Part shown: positions 29,006 to 36,866 of the stretch, piece by piece
Layout: each line of letters begins with the position of its first letter
Numbering within the stretch: the first letter of the stretch is position 1
Origin: an uncultured Zetaproteobacteria bacterium
GTDB lineage: Bacteria > Pseudomonadota > Zetaproteobacteria > Mariprofundales > Mariprofundaceae
DNA length: 38,494 nucleotides
NCBI GenBank assembly: GCA_964432195.1
Contig: CAYSMR010000001.1
Location: forward strand, 1 to 38,494
Direction of reading: 5' to 3'
Program-made: the position numbers and the translations under genes
Notes under the pieces: generated by a model
Told to the model about the DNA's origin: nothing
Database searches by the model: none
The model's input: the letters and a program-made list of their open reading frames with translations, nothing else

Positions 29006-29664
29006 CACATACCTCCAAGCGCCTCTCTGACCTTATCGACAATAGCCTGAATTTTTTCCCTGTTCTTTTCGAACGCATCCTTGCCCGACACAATCCTGGC
29101 TACGATTTCATCCGCCTTACCCATATATGCCGCCAGCTTTCCATCCACTTTCATGAATTTCAGGATCCGGTGCTGGCGCTCCTTGACCGATACGACGGAA
29201 TCGAGATAGGCAGTCAGCGTCGCATTGGCCGCGAGCATCTGATCATAATGGCGACTGAGATGCGCTGCCAGCAACTGCTCCATCTGGTCGACGGGCTCGA
29301 TGAGCTGCAAACGTTTTTCATTGATTCTGTGCTGCAGGCGCGGCCCCAGGCCGACAATAAACTCGAACCGTTCCTGTTTATCCCTGCTGCGCGCAACCTT
29401 GTCCCACGCATCCTTAATGGCCGGCTTATTCAATACTGTGTTGGCAAATGCAGGAATCCAGACCGTGGCAATGAACTCATCGATACGATCGCGCTTTTCA
29501 TTCATATACTGATGCAGCAGGGCCAGATGGGCCTACCTGGCCTCAACAATCTGCTTGCCGATCTCCGCAGACAACTCCGGCGCCTGCTCCGGCACCGAGA
29601 CGCACCCGGATAACAGCAACATACAACTCGCACAGAATGACCAGCATAGCGCCCTCAATTTCAT
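29005..29664 (-). pseudogene. Lipoprotein gene (219 codons) interrupted by one in-frame TAG at codon 44
   Basis: ATG 29664 with GGGGG RBS gives MKLRALCWSFCASCMLLLSGCVSVPEQAPELSAEIGKQIVEAR*AHLALLHQYMNEKRDRIDEF..., with lipobox LSGC. TAG at 29535-29533 is in frame with the 166-aa ORF. Confidence 0.75.
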
Positions 29665-29725
29665 CTCAGCCCCCCGTCAGCCGTTTAAACCGGCAACCTC
29701 AAAACATAAACCATTCCTTGCGCAT

Positions 29726-29753
29726 CTGCTGTCCCATAATTATGGGATAGCAG
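29726..29753. promoter_or_regulatory. 28-bp palindrome, candidate operator
   Basis: CTGCTGTCCCATAA/TTATGGGATAGCAG with one mismatch; perfect core TCCCATAATTATGGGA at 29732-29747; no loop and no U-tract. Confidence 0.6.
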
Positions 29754-29768
29754 CAGATATCGCATAGA

Positions 29769-30221
29769 TCAGCCATGGACCAGCCCCAACTGGCGCGCCT
29801 CGAACACCGTCTCGGAACGGGAGTGAACCTGCAACTTCCTGTAAATATGTTTGGCATGCGTCTGGATCATCGACAGCTTGCAGCCGAGCAGCGCAGCCGC
29901 CTCACTGTAGCTGTAGCCTCTGGCGAACATATTCAGTACTTCAATCTCCTTGCAGGAGAGACGGATACTATCATCGCCGCCGGATCCCGCCTCCGCCAGA
30001 TCCGACTGTCCGGATGATCGCTCTAGCAGCATTTCGATCTCGGCCAGATCCCTCGCCATGCAGGCATGCAGCGCATTCAGACGCTGATAGACAAGCCGTA
30101 CTGCGTCGTGCTCCGACTGCGTCAAACACGACTGCATCACCGGTCGCAGTTCGCGGCTGTAGAACTGCACCTGCGCCCGTAACGTTTCCAGATTGATTGT
30201 CCGGTAATAGAGCCGATCCAT
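29769..30221 (-). CDS. LuxR-family helix-turn-helix regulator without a recognisable receiver domain
   Basis: C-terminal LSCKEIEVLNMFARGYSYSEAAALLG..IQTHAKHIYRKLQVHSRSETVFEARQLGL; GGAGG RBS; start at 30221 or 30227. Confidence 0.88.
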   Translation of the reverse strand: MDRLYYRTINLETLRAQVQFYSRELRPVMQSCLTQSEHDAVRLVYQRLNALHACMARDLAEIEMLLERSSGQSDLAEAGSGGDDSIRLSCKEIEVLNMFARGYSYSEAAALLGCKLSMIQTHAKHIYRKLQVHSRSETVFEARQLGLVHG

Positions 30222-30327
30222 CAGCATTACCTCCCCCCTGCAATATCTTAAACAGGTATAGACCAGTTGCAGATTCATTGCAACCGCACGCTTGCGTTCG
30301 CAGTCCGGCGCGGACATGCTTTCGAGC

Positions 30328-31035
30328 ATGCAGACAGAGCGACATTTCGACCCGGCGGAGATCGCCAAATTCGAGGCCATGGCCGAGGAGTGGTGGGATC
30401 CGACCGGCAAGTTCAAACCCTTGCACAAGATCAATCCGCTGCGCCTCGACTATATCGGTCGCCAGATGCGCATGTCGGAGGCCGCGATTCTCGATGTCGG
30501 CTGCGGCGGCGGCCTGCTGGCCGAGAACACGGCCGCGCGCGGCGCGACAGTCACCGGCATCGACCGCTCGCCGCGAGCGCTCGGGGTCGCCCGCCTGCAC
30601 AGCGAGCAGTCCGGCGTGGCTGTCGAGTATGTCGAAACCGATGCCGAGAGCTGGGCGGAAACCCACCCGGAGGCCTATGACGCAGTCACCTGTCTGGAGG
30701 TGCTCGAACATGTGCCGGATGTGCCACGCACCATTGCGGCCTGCGCATCGATGATCAAACCCGGCGGCCACTTCTTCTTTGCCACGCTCAACCGCAACCC
30801 TGTCTCCTATATCAAGGCAATTCTCGGAGCCGAATATATCCTCGGCTGGCTGCCCAAAGGCACCCATGAATATGCCAAATTCATCAAGCCGTCGGAGATG
30901 AACAGCGCCCTGAAGGCGGCCGGCCTGGAGATGCGCGACCTCAAAGGGCTGAGCTATGCAATGCTCAGCGACCACTTCTATCTGAGCGACGATCTCTCGG
31001 TCAACTATCTCGGCTACGCAATCAAGCGCCAATAA
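30328..31035 (+). CDS. ubiG: Ubiquinone biosynthesis O-methyltransferase
   Basis: DPAEIAKF, WWDPTGKFKPLHKINPLR, LDVGCGGG, CLEVLEHV, AEYILGWLPKGTH, VNY; start at 30328 or 30316. Confidence 0.96.
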   Translation: MQTERHFDPAEIAKFEAMAEEWWDPTGKFKPLHKINPLRLDYIGRQMRMSEAAILDVGCGGGLLAENTAARGATVTGIDRSPRALGVARLHSEQSGVAVEYVETDAESWAETHPEAYDAVTCLEVLEHVPDVPRTIAACASMIKPGGHFFFATLNRNPVSYIKAILGAEYILGWLPKGTHEYAKFIKPSEMNSALKAAGLEMRDLKGLSYAMLSDHFYLSDDLSVNYLGYAIKRQ

Positions 31036-31093
31036 ATCAGCCCCCCAACTCGCAGAGTGCACAGGCGGAATCTGTAGGCTAGCCTGCCCCGCC

Positions 31094-33196
31094 ATGCGCC
31101 GCCCCGTTTCCAACATTTGCATCGCCCTGCTGCTGTCGGCGCTGCTGCTGACCACGCAGGCAGCGAACGCCGCCGCTGTCGATATCGATGCCGACCGGAT
31201 CAGTCGCACGGTCGACGGTGTGATCATTGCGCAGGGCCATGTCGTCATCCGGCGCGCCTTCGACACGCTCAGTGCCGACCGCGTCACCTACCGCAGCCGC
31301 GAACACCTGCTGGAGGCGAAGGGGCATGTGATTATCTCATCCGAGCAGGCGCAGATTCAGGCCGAAGAGGCGATCATGCATACCGGCAGCCGGGCCGGCC
31401 GCATGACCAGAGCCGTCATCACGCTGCCGGGCGGCGAGCGACTGAGCGCAGCCCGGGTCAGGCGCATCGATGACAACACCTATGAAGCCGACGAGCTGAC
31501 CTTCTCCGCCTGTCCGATCGATCAGGAGTCGTGGCGCATCGCCGCAGTACATGCGCTGCTCGATCAGCGCGACGGCAGCCTGACCGCGACGCACAGCCGC
31601 TTCGAACTGTGGGGCGTGCCGGTGCTCTATGCGCCGTGGTGGCAGCAGCCGCTGAAGCGCAAATCCGGCCTGCTGCTGCCGAACTTCGCCAGCGGCAAGC
31701 GGCGCGGCAGCGAGATCTCGCTGCCCTACTATCTCGCGCCGGCCGCCAACTGGGATGCGACGCTGACGCCGCACTGGATGAGCGCGCGCGGTTTCATGGG
31801 CGAGACGGAGCTGCGCCATGTCTCGGCGCTCGGCAGCGAGCGCATTGTCGCCGCCGGCATCCACGACAGGGTAATCGGCAGCAATCGCAGCCGTATACAG
31901 GGCGACATCCGCTGGCGACTTCCGGCCGGGCTCTACTTCGATGCCGCCGGCGATCACGTCAGCGACCATAACTATCTGGCCGACTACGCCACCGGGCGCG
32001 AAATCAGCGCCATCTATCTGCGCAGCCGGGCCGCATTATCGCAATCACTGCAATATGACGCTTTCAGCGGCGACTGGATGCTGCAGGCGGTCCATCAGCA
32101 GAACATGTTGCTCGCCAGCAATGCAACGATGCTGCAGATCCTGCCACAGCTGCAGAGTCGGATGCAGTGGGCGCTCGGCCCGCGCGCAACCCTGCATCTG
32201 GATCAGCAGAGCACCCGTTTCGACCGGCGCAGCGGCATCGATGGCTGGCGGGTGCATCTGCACCCCTATATCGAGCTGCCGTGGGAGCTGGCCGGCGGCG
32301 GCCTGGCCGCTACGCTCTCCGGCGGTATGCAGCATACCCGCTACTGGCTGCAGCAGACAGCCGCAGGCCTGAATCGCACGCCGACGCGCACAGCCGGCGA
32401 GGCGGCCCTGCAGCTGCGCGCCGATTTCGAGCGCATCAGCGCCGACCGCAGCTGGCGCCATGTGATCTCGCCGATCCTGCGCTTCGACTACGTCAACGCA
32501 CCCGACCAGAGCGCGTTGCCCAATTTCGATTCGGCCTTCGGCCTGCTGACGTGGAGCAACCTGCTTTCGGGCAACCGCTATTCCGGCTATGACCGGATCG
32601 AAAACAGCCGCCGCATCAGCATGCTACTCGAAACACGCCTGCAGGCGAAAGACAACAGCGGCGCGCCCGCCCGTGATCTGCTGACGCTGCGGGGCGGCAC
32701 AAGCTACGAACTGCTGCGCAACAGTATCGATCAGCGTCTGCGACCGACACCGGCGCGGCCGCTCTCCAATCTGCTCGGCGAGATTACATGGCAGCCGCTG
32801 AGCGAGCTGCGTCTCTACAGCAGCGGTCAGTACAACGCGGCTGAGCGCTACTGGGCGACACTGATCTCATCGCTGGACTGGACCCCGGTCGCGAACAGCA
32901 GCCTGCATATCGGCTACCATTTTACCGATGCCCGTTATGCGACCGAAACCCGTCTGCTCGATCTGCGCCTGAACAGCCGCCTCGGCAGTCGTTGGCAGGC
33001 CCATGTCAGCCTGCAGTATGACGTTTCGTTAAAGCTGTCGCAGCAGACCACCATCGGCCTGCAGTACAACCATGCCTGCTGGACGCTGGGAGTGGAAGGG
33101 TACCGCATCAACCGGCGCAGCGGCACCAGCACGGCCGCTAACCTCGGCTTCCGTCTATTGCTCGAATTCAAGGGGCTGGGTAGCGTTGGTTCCTGA
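31094..33196 (+). CDS. lptD: LPS-assembly protein LptD
   Basis: Signal peptide, OstA-like N-terminus, FSACP, RKSGLLLP, PYYL..NWDATL, NRYSGYDR, ACW, EFKGLG; upstream of surA-pdxA. Confidence 0.92.
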   Translation: MRRPVSNICIALLLSALLLTTQAANAAAVDIDADRISRTVDGVIIAQGHVVIRRAFDTLSADRVTYRSREHLLEAKGHVIISSEQAQIQAEEAIMHTGSRAGRMTRAVITLPGGERLSAARVRRIDDNTYEADELTFSACPIDQESWRIAAVHALLDQRDGSLTATHSRFELWGVPVLYAPWWQQPLKRKSGLLLPNFASGKRRGSEISLPYYLAPAANWDATLTPHWMSARGFMGETELRHVSALGSERIVAAGIHDRVIGSNRSRIQGDIRWRLPAGLYFDAAGDHVSDHNYLADYATGREISAIYLRSRAALSQSLQYDAFSGDWMLQAVHQQNMLLASNATMLQILPQLQSRMQWALGPRATLHLDQQSTRFDRRSGIDGWRVHLHPYIELPWELAGGGLAATLSGGMQHTRYWLQQTAAGLNRTPTRTAGEAALQLRADFERISADRSWRHVISPILRFDYVNAPDQSALPNFDSAFGLLTWSNLLSGNRYSGYDRIENSRRISMLLETRLQAKDNSGAPARDLLTLRGGTSYELLRNSIDQRLRPTPARPLSNLLGEITWQPLSELRLYSSGQYNAAERYWATLISSLDWTPVANSSLHIGYHFTDARYATETRLLDLRLNSRLGSRWQAHVSLQYDVSLKLSQQTTIGLQYNHACWTLGVEGYRINRRSGTSTAANLGFRLLLEFKGLGSVGS

Positions 33197-33269
33197 TAAT
33201 CACGTGGCCTGCCTGAATACTTCCGGCCCGGCCGCGCTCTTCCTAACCCCCCCTGCCATTGGAGGCTGC

Positions 33270-34985
33270 ATGCATTTCCCCATTCTGCTGGCCACACTGC
33301 TGCTGATCGCGCTGCCGGCCAGAGCCGAACCGATCGACAGCATCGCGGCAGTCGTCAATAACGAGGCGATCACCTGCTACGAGATCGCCGAGGACACAAA
33401 CAATATCCTGACGCAGCTGCGCCAGAGCGGCTCCACATTCATGCCGACCGGCAAAACGCTGCGACAGCGCTCGCTCGATGCGCGCGTCGTCAAGACGCTG
33501 CAAGTGCAGCAGGCCAGAAAGCTGGGACTGAAGGTCAGCAAGGAGGAGCTGGAGAAGGCGATCGAAAGCGTCGAATCCGGCAACAACCTACTCCCCGGTC
33601 AGCTGAAAGAGGTTCTCAAACAGCAGGGCATCGATTACGAGCAGTATCGCGACAATCTGCGTGACCAGCTGCTGATCAGCAAACTGATCAATGTCGCCGT
33701 GCGCAGCAAGCTGCAGATCTCCGAAGAGGCCATCCGCGAATATTACCGCAAATATCTGGCCGTGCCGAAGGCGCGCCGCGAGGTAAAGCTGGGGCAGATA
33801 TTCCTATCCCTGCCGGCCGAACCGTCGCCCGAACTGCTGGCCAGCGTACGCAACAAGGCGCGCAGCATCTATCAGCAACTGAAGGCCCGCAAGGATTTCG
33901 CCCAGATGGTCGCCATCTATTCCGAATCGCCCGACCGTCAGCAGCAGGGCATCATGGGCTGGTTCAGCAAGGGCTCGATCATCCAGCGCTTCGATCCGGC
34001 GCTCGATCTGCCGATCAACGGCATCACCGAACCAATCCGTTCGCCGTCCGGCTTCCATATTCTGAAGGTACTCGGCGAGCGCTGGCAAGAGCCGGAACAG
34101 CTGGGCGAGAGCTATGACGAGGCGCATGCGCGCCATATCCTGTTGCAGATTCCGGAATCGGCGAACGAGGAGGAGCGGGCCAAGATCGAACAGCGCGCCG
34201 CCGCGATCGCCGAGGAGATGCAGGACGCCAGCGACGAGGCCTTCGCAACCCGCGCCAAAGAGGTTTCGCAGGGACCGAGCGCCAGCCGCGGCGGCGATCT
34301 CGGCTGGTTCCGCAAAGGGGCCATGGTGCCGGAGTTCGAACAGGCCGTATTTGCGCTGAAACCTGGCCAGACCAGCGACATCGTCAAAACCCGCTTCGGT
34401 CTGCATATCATCCGGCTGATCAACAAGCGCCATGTCGATCCGAATTCACTGCAGGCCAATCGCGACAAAATCATTCAGATCCTGACCAATGTCGAGATGC
34501 AGGAGCAGCTGCCGCGCTGGATTGCGAGCCTGCGCGCCGATGCGACGCTGCAGTTCATACCCTGCCCGAACGAACTGTTCACCGCTGTTCAACCGGCCAT
34601 ACAGCCCGAGCAGCCGCTGCCGACCGCTGTGCCTGACGCCGAGCTGAAAGGGGCGCTGGAACGCTGGCGACAGGCATGGAGCAGCCGCAACCTGCCGGCC
34701 TATTTCGCCGCCTACTCCAATCACTTCAATCCGGGCAAGCACTTTGCCGATCTGGCCGAATGGAAGACCGATCGCGCCCGCCTGATCAGCACTAAACGAT
34801 ATATCCGCATCGGTATCCGCAATGTCAAAATCACCCATCTGGAGGCCGGCCATGTGCGTATCGAGTTCGATCAGTATTATGAGGCCGACAACTACCGAGA
34901 TCAGGCTCTCAAGCTGCTGCTGATGGAGAAGGAGCCCGGCGGCTGGAAAATCGTGCGGGAGATGACCGCCGTTTCCGGCAACTAA
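33270..34985 (+). CDS. surA: Periplasmic chaperone SurA with an extra C-terminal NTF2-like domain
   Basis: GGAGG RBS, signal peptide, IDSIAAVVNNEAIT, two parvulin domains (QIFL..YSES..GFHILKV; HARHIL..SQGPSASRGGDLGW..GLHII), then a Pro linker and about 110 extra residues. Confidence 0.92.
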   Translation: MHFPILLATLLLIALPARAEPIDSIAAVVNNEAITCYEIAEDTNNILTQLRQSGSTFMPTGKTLRQRSLDARVVKTLQVQQARKLGLKVSKEELEKAIESVESGNNLLPGQLKEVLKQQGIDYEQYRDNLRDQLLISKLINVAVRSKLQISEEAIREYYRKYLAVPKARREVKLGQIFLSLPAEPSPELLASVRNKARSIYQQLKARKDFAQMVAIYSESPDRQQQGIMGWFSKGSIIQRFDPALDLPINGITEPIRSPSGFHILKVLGERWQEPEQLGESYDEAHARHILLQIPESANEEERAKIEQRAAAIAEEMQDASDEAFATRAKEVSQGPSASRGGDLGWFRKGAMVPEFEQAVFALKPGQTSDIVKTRFGLHIIRLINKRHVDPNSLQANRDKIIQILTNVEMQEQLPRWIASLRADATLQFIPCPNELFTAVQPAIQPEQPLPTAVPDAELKGALERWRQAWSSRNLPAYFAAYSNHFNPGKHFADLAEWKTDRARLISTKRYIRIGIRNVKITHLEAGHVRIEFDQYYEADNYRDQALKLLLMEKEPGGWKIVREMTAVSGN

Positions 34986-35001
34986 GTTCCCGGCCGGATC
35001 T

Positions 35002-36009
35002 GTGAAACCGATTCTGATCACCGTCGGTGAGCCGGCCGGTATCGGGCCGGACTGCATCCTGCGCGCCTGGCAGGCAGAGCCGGATGCGCTGCGCGGCTGC
35101 GTCATCTCCGCTCCGGCCGGCTGGCTGCAGTCGCGCGCCGCAATGATCGGCGTGGAAGCAACTGTCACCGGCTTCGATACACTGGCCGATGCCGCAGCAG
35201 GGCATGGCGGCCTGCGCTGCTGGAACCCGGCTGCGTACCTGGCCTGCGAACCGGTGACGCCCGGCGCGCCGTCTGCGCAGACAGCCGCCGCCGTCGTGCG
35301 CTGCATCGAGGCGGCCGCCGACGCCAGCCTGAACAGCCGCGCCGCGGCACTGGTCACCGGCCCGATCGAAAAGGCCGTACTGCGCAGCGCCGGCTTCTCG
35401 TTCCCCGGCCACACCGAGTTTCTGGCCCATCTGGCGGCGGTCGCAGGCCGCGCGCCGGACGCCGATCATTTCGCGATGATGCTGGCCTCCGACCAAATTC
35501 GCGTCGCGCTGCTGACCACGCACCTGGCGCTGCGCGATGTCGCCGGGCGCATCAACAGAGCGGATACGCTAAAACTGATCCGCATTGTCGATCTTGATCT
35601 GCGCCGCCGCTTTGCGATCTCCGCGCCGCGCCTAGCCCTCTGCGCGCTGAACCCGCATGCCGGAGAACAGGGCCATTTCGGCCGCGAGGAGATCGACATC
35701 CTGGCGCCGGCCGCAGCGGCCGCGCGCGAACAGGGCATCAATATCTCCGACCCGCTGCCGGCCGATACGGTCTTCTCGGCCGCCGCGCGCGCGCAGTACG
35801 ATGCAATGGTCTGCTGCTATCACGATCAGGCGCTGATTCCGCTCAAGGCGCTGAGTTTCGGCAACTCGGTCAATGTGACGCTGGGCCTGCCGTTCATCCG
35901 CACCAGCGTCGACCACGGCACCGCGCTTGACCTGGCCGCCCGGCCGGGCGTATCCTGTTCTAGTCTGCTGGCTGCGATCGCAATGGCACGGCGCATGAGC
36001 GGATCATAG
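35002..36009 (+). CDS. pdxA: 4-hydroxythreonine-4-phosphate dehydrogenase
   Basis: GEPAGIGPD, VTGPIEK, GHTEFL, LNPHAGEQG, PADT, YHDQ, NVTLGLPFIRTSVDHGTA. Confidence 0.97.
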   Translation: MKPILITVGEPAGIGPDCILRAWQAEPDALRGCVISAPAGWLQSRAAMIGVEATVTGFDTLADAAAGHGGLRCWNPAAYLACEPVTPGAPSAQTAAAVVRCIEAAADASLNSRAAALVTGPIEKAVLRSAGFSFPGHTEFLAHLAAVAGRAPDADHFAMMLASDQIRVALLTTHLALRDVAGRINRADTLKLIRIVDLDLRRRFAISAPRLALCALNPHAGEQGHFGREEIDILAPAAAAAREQGINISDPLPADTVFSAAARAQYDAMVCCYHDQALIPLKALSFGNSVNVTLGLPFIRTSVDHGTALDLAARPGVSCSSLLAAIAMARRMSGS

Positions 36010-36046
36010 GTTTATTTCAGGGCTCGAACCCGTCACAGGAGGTGCC

Positions 36047-36610
36047 ATGCAGATCAATCAGCTCGCCGGTCAGATTCTGCTCGCATCCCCGTCGCTGCAG
36101 GACCCCAGTTTCCGCGATGCCGTCGTGCTGGTCTGCCATCATGACGATGACGGCTGCATGGGGCTGATCATCAACCGCCCCCGCGCGATCGGCATCGCTG
36201 ACGTACTCGAGGATCTCGGCATCGACCTGACCCGCCCGACCAATGACGCGCTGCCCTGCGTCTATGAGGGCGGTCCGGTGGACGACTTCAGGGGCTTCGT
36301 ACTGCATGACGGCTGGCACATCTATGAATCGACGATGCAAATTACGCCCGAACTGCACCTGACCGCATCGCGCGACGTACTCGAAGCACTAGGGCGCGGC
36401 GACGGCCCCGAACACTTCATGCTGATTCTGGGCTATGCCGGCTGGCATGCCGGCCAGCTGGAGAGCGAGCTCTCCAATAATGACTGGCTGATCGCGCCGG
36501 CCAGCCACCATATCGTATTTCAGGAGCCGCCGGACAGACGCTGGGAGCTTGCAGCTCGCTGCATGGGCATCGAGCGCAGCCAGCTCTCCAGCCAGGTCGG
36601 CCACGCCTGA
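36047..36610 (+). CDS. yqgE: YqgE/AlgH family protein
   Basis: GLIINRP, GGPV, GFVLH, LGYAGW..GQLESEL..NDWL, terminal GHA; AGGAGG RBS. Confidence 0.94.
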   Translation: MQINQLAGQILLASPSLQDPSFRDAVVLVCHHDDDGCMGLIINRPRAIGIADVLEDLGIDLTRPTNDALPCVYEGGPVDDFRGFVLHDGWHIYESTMQITPELHLTASRDVLEALGRGDGPEHFMLILGYAGWHAGQLESELSNNDWLIAPASHHIVFQEPPDRRWELAARCMGIERSQLSSQVGHA

Positions 36611-36614
36611 GGAA

Positions 36615-36776
36615 ATGCCTTTAAGGGGATGCTGATTAAAGGCATCCTGCCTGTAATCAGCCCGGAAAGGGAAAAGTGTGGTTTTACCTTTCCTTATACA
36701 AGTTGCACGCATCCCGCCCGAAGGGGGCCATGCACGGATGCATGGCATGAAATCAACCACTTACGTGATTGATTTG
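36615..36776 (+). repeat. Multi-hairpin intergenic element, copy 2, with an IHF consensus site
   Basis: Inverted repeats at 36615-36624/36636-36645, 36631-36638/36654-36661, 36664-36693, 36727-36746 and 36750-36775. AATCAACCACTTA at 36751-36763 matches WATCAANNNNTTR. Confidence 0.7.
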
Positions 36777-36866
36777 ATTCGCGCTCTCCTGCCCCTCATC
36801 TGTTGGCGACATCGCCGGTTCATGCACCTATCCTGCTGAATAATGATTGATGCGCGAAATCACGCC

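Noticed and set aside
29533-29535. Pyrrolysine insertion or alternative genetic code
   Set aside because: There are no pyl genes in the window, and TAG terminates fabG, fabH, pyrH and pdxA normally.
30266-30284. GTTGCA-N7-TGCAAC inverted repeat between luxR and ubiG
   Set aside because: The 6-bp arms are too short to distinguish from chance without conservation data.
28683-30327. Islet as a prophage or transposon
   Set aside because: No integrase, transposase, terminal repeats or target duplication were seen.
30228-30434. Longer N-terminus for the LuxR ORF (221 aa)
   Set aside because: It would overlap the divergent ubiG, and a strong GGAGG RBS sits just before the ATGs at 30227/30221.
29971-31287. 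438-aa minus-strand ORF and other long shadow ORFs (e.g. 24449-25744, 17694-18791, 12325-13344)
   Set aside because: They are antisense to well-supported genes, have no motifs, and are expected in GC-rich DNA with strong codon bias.
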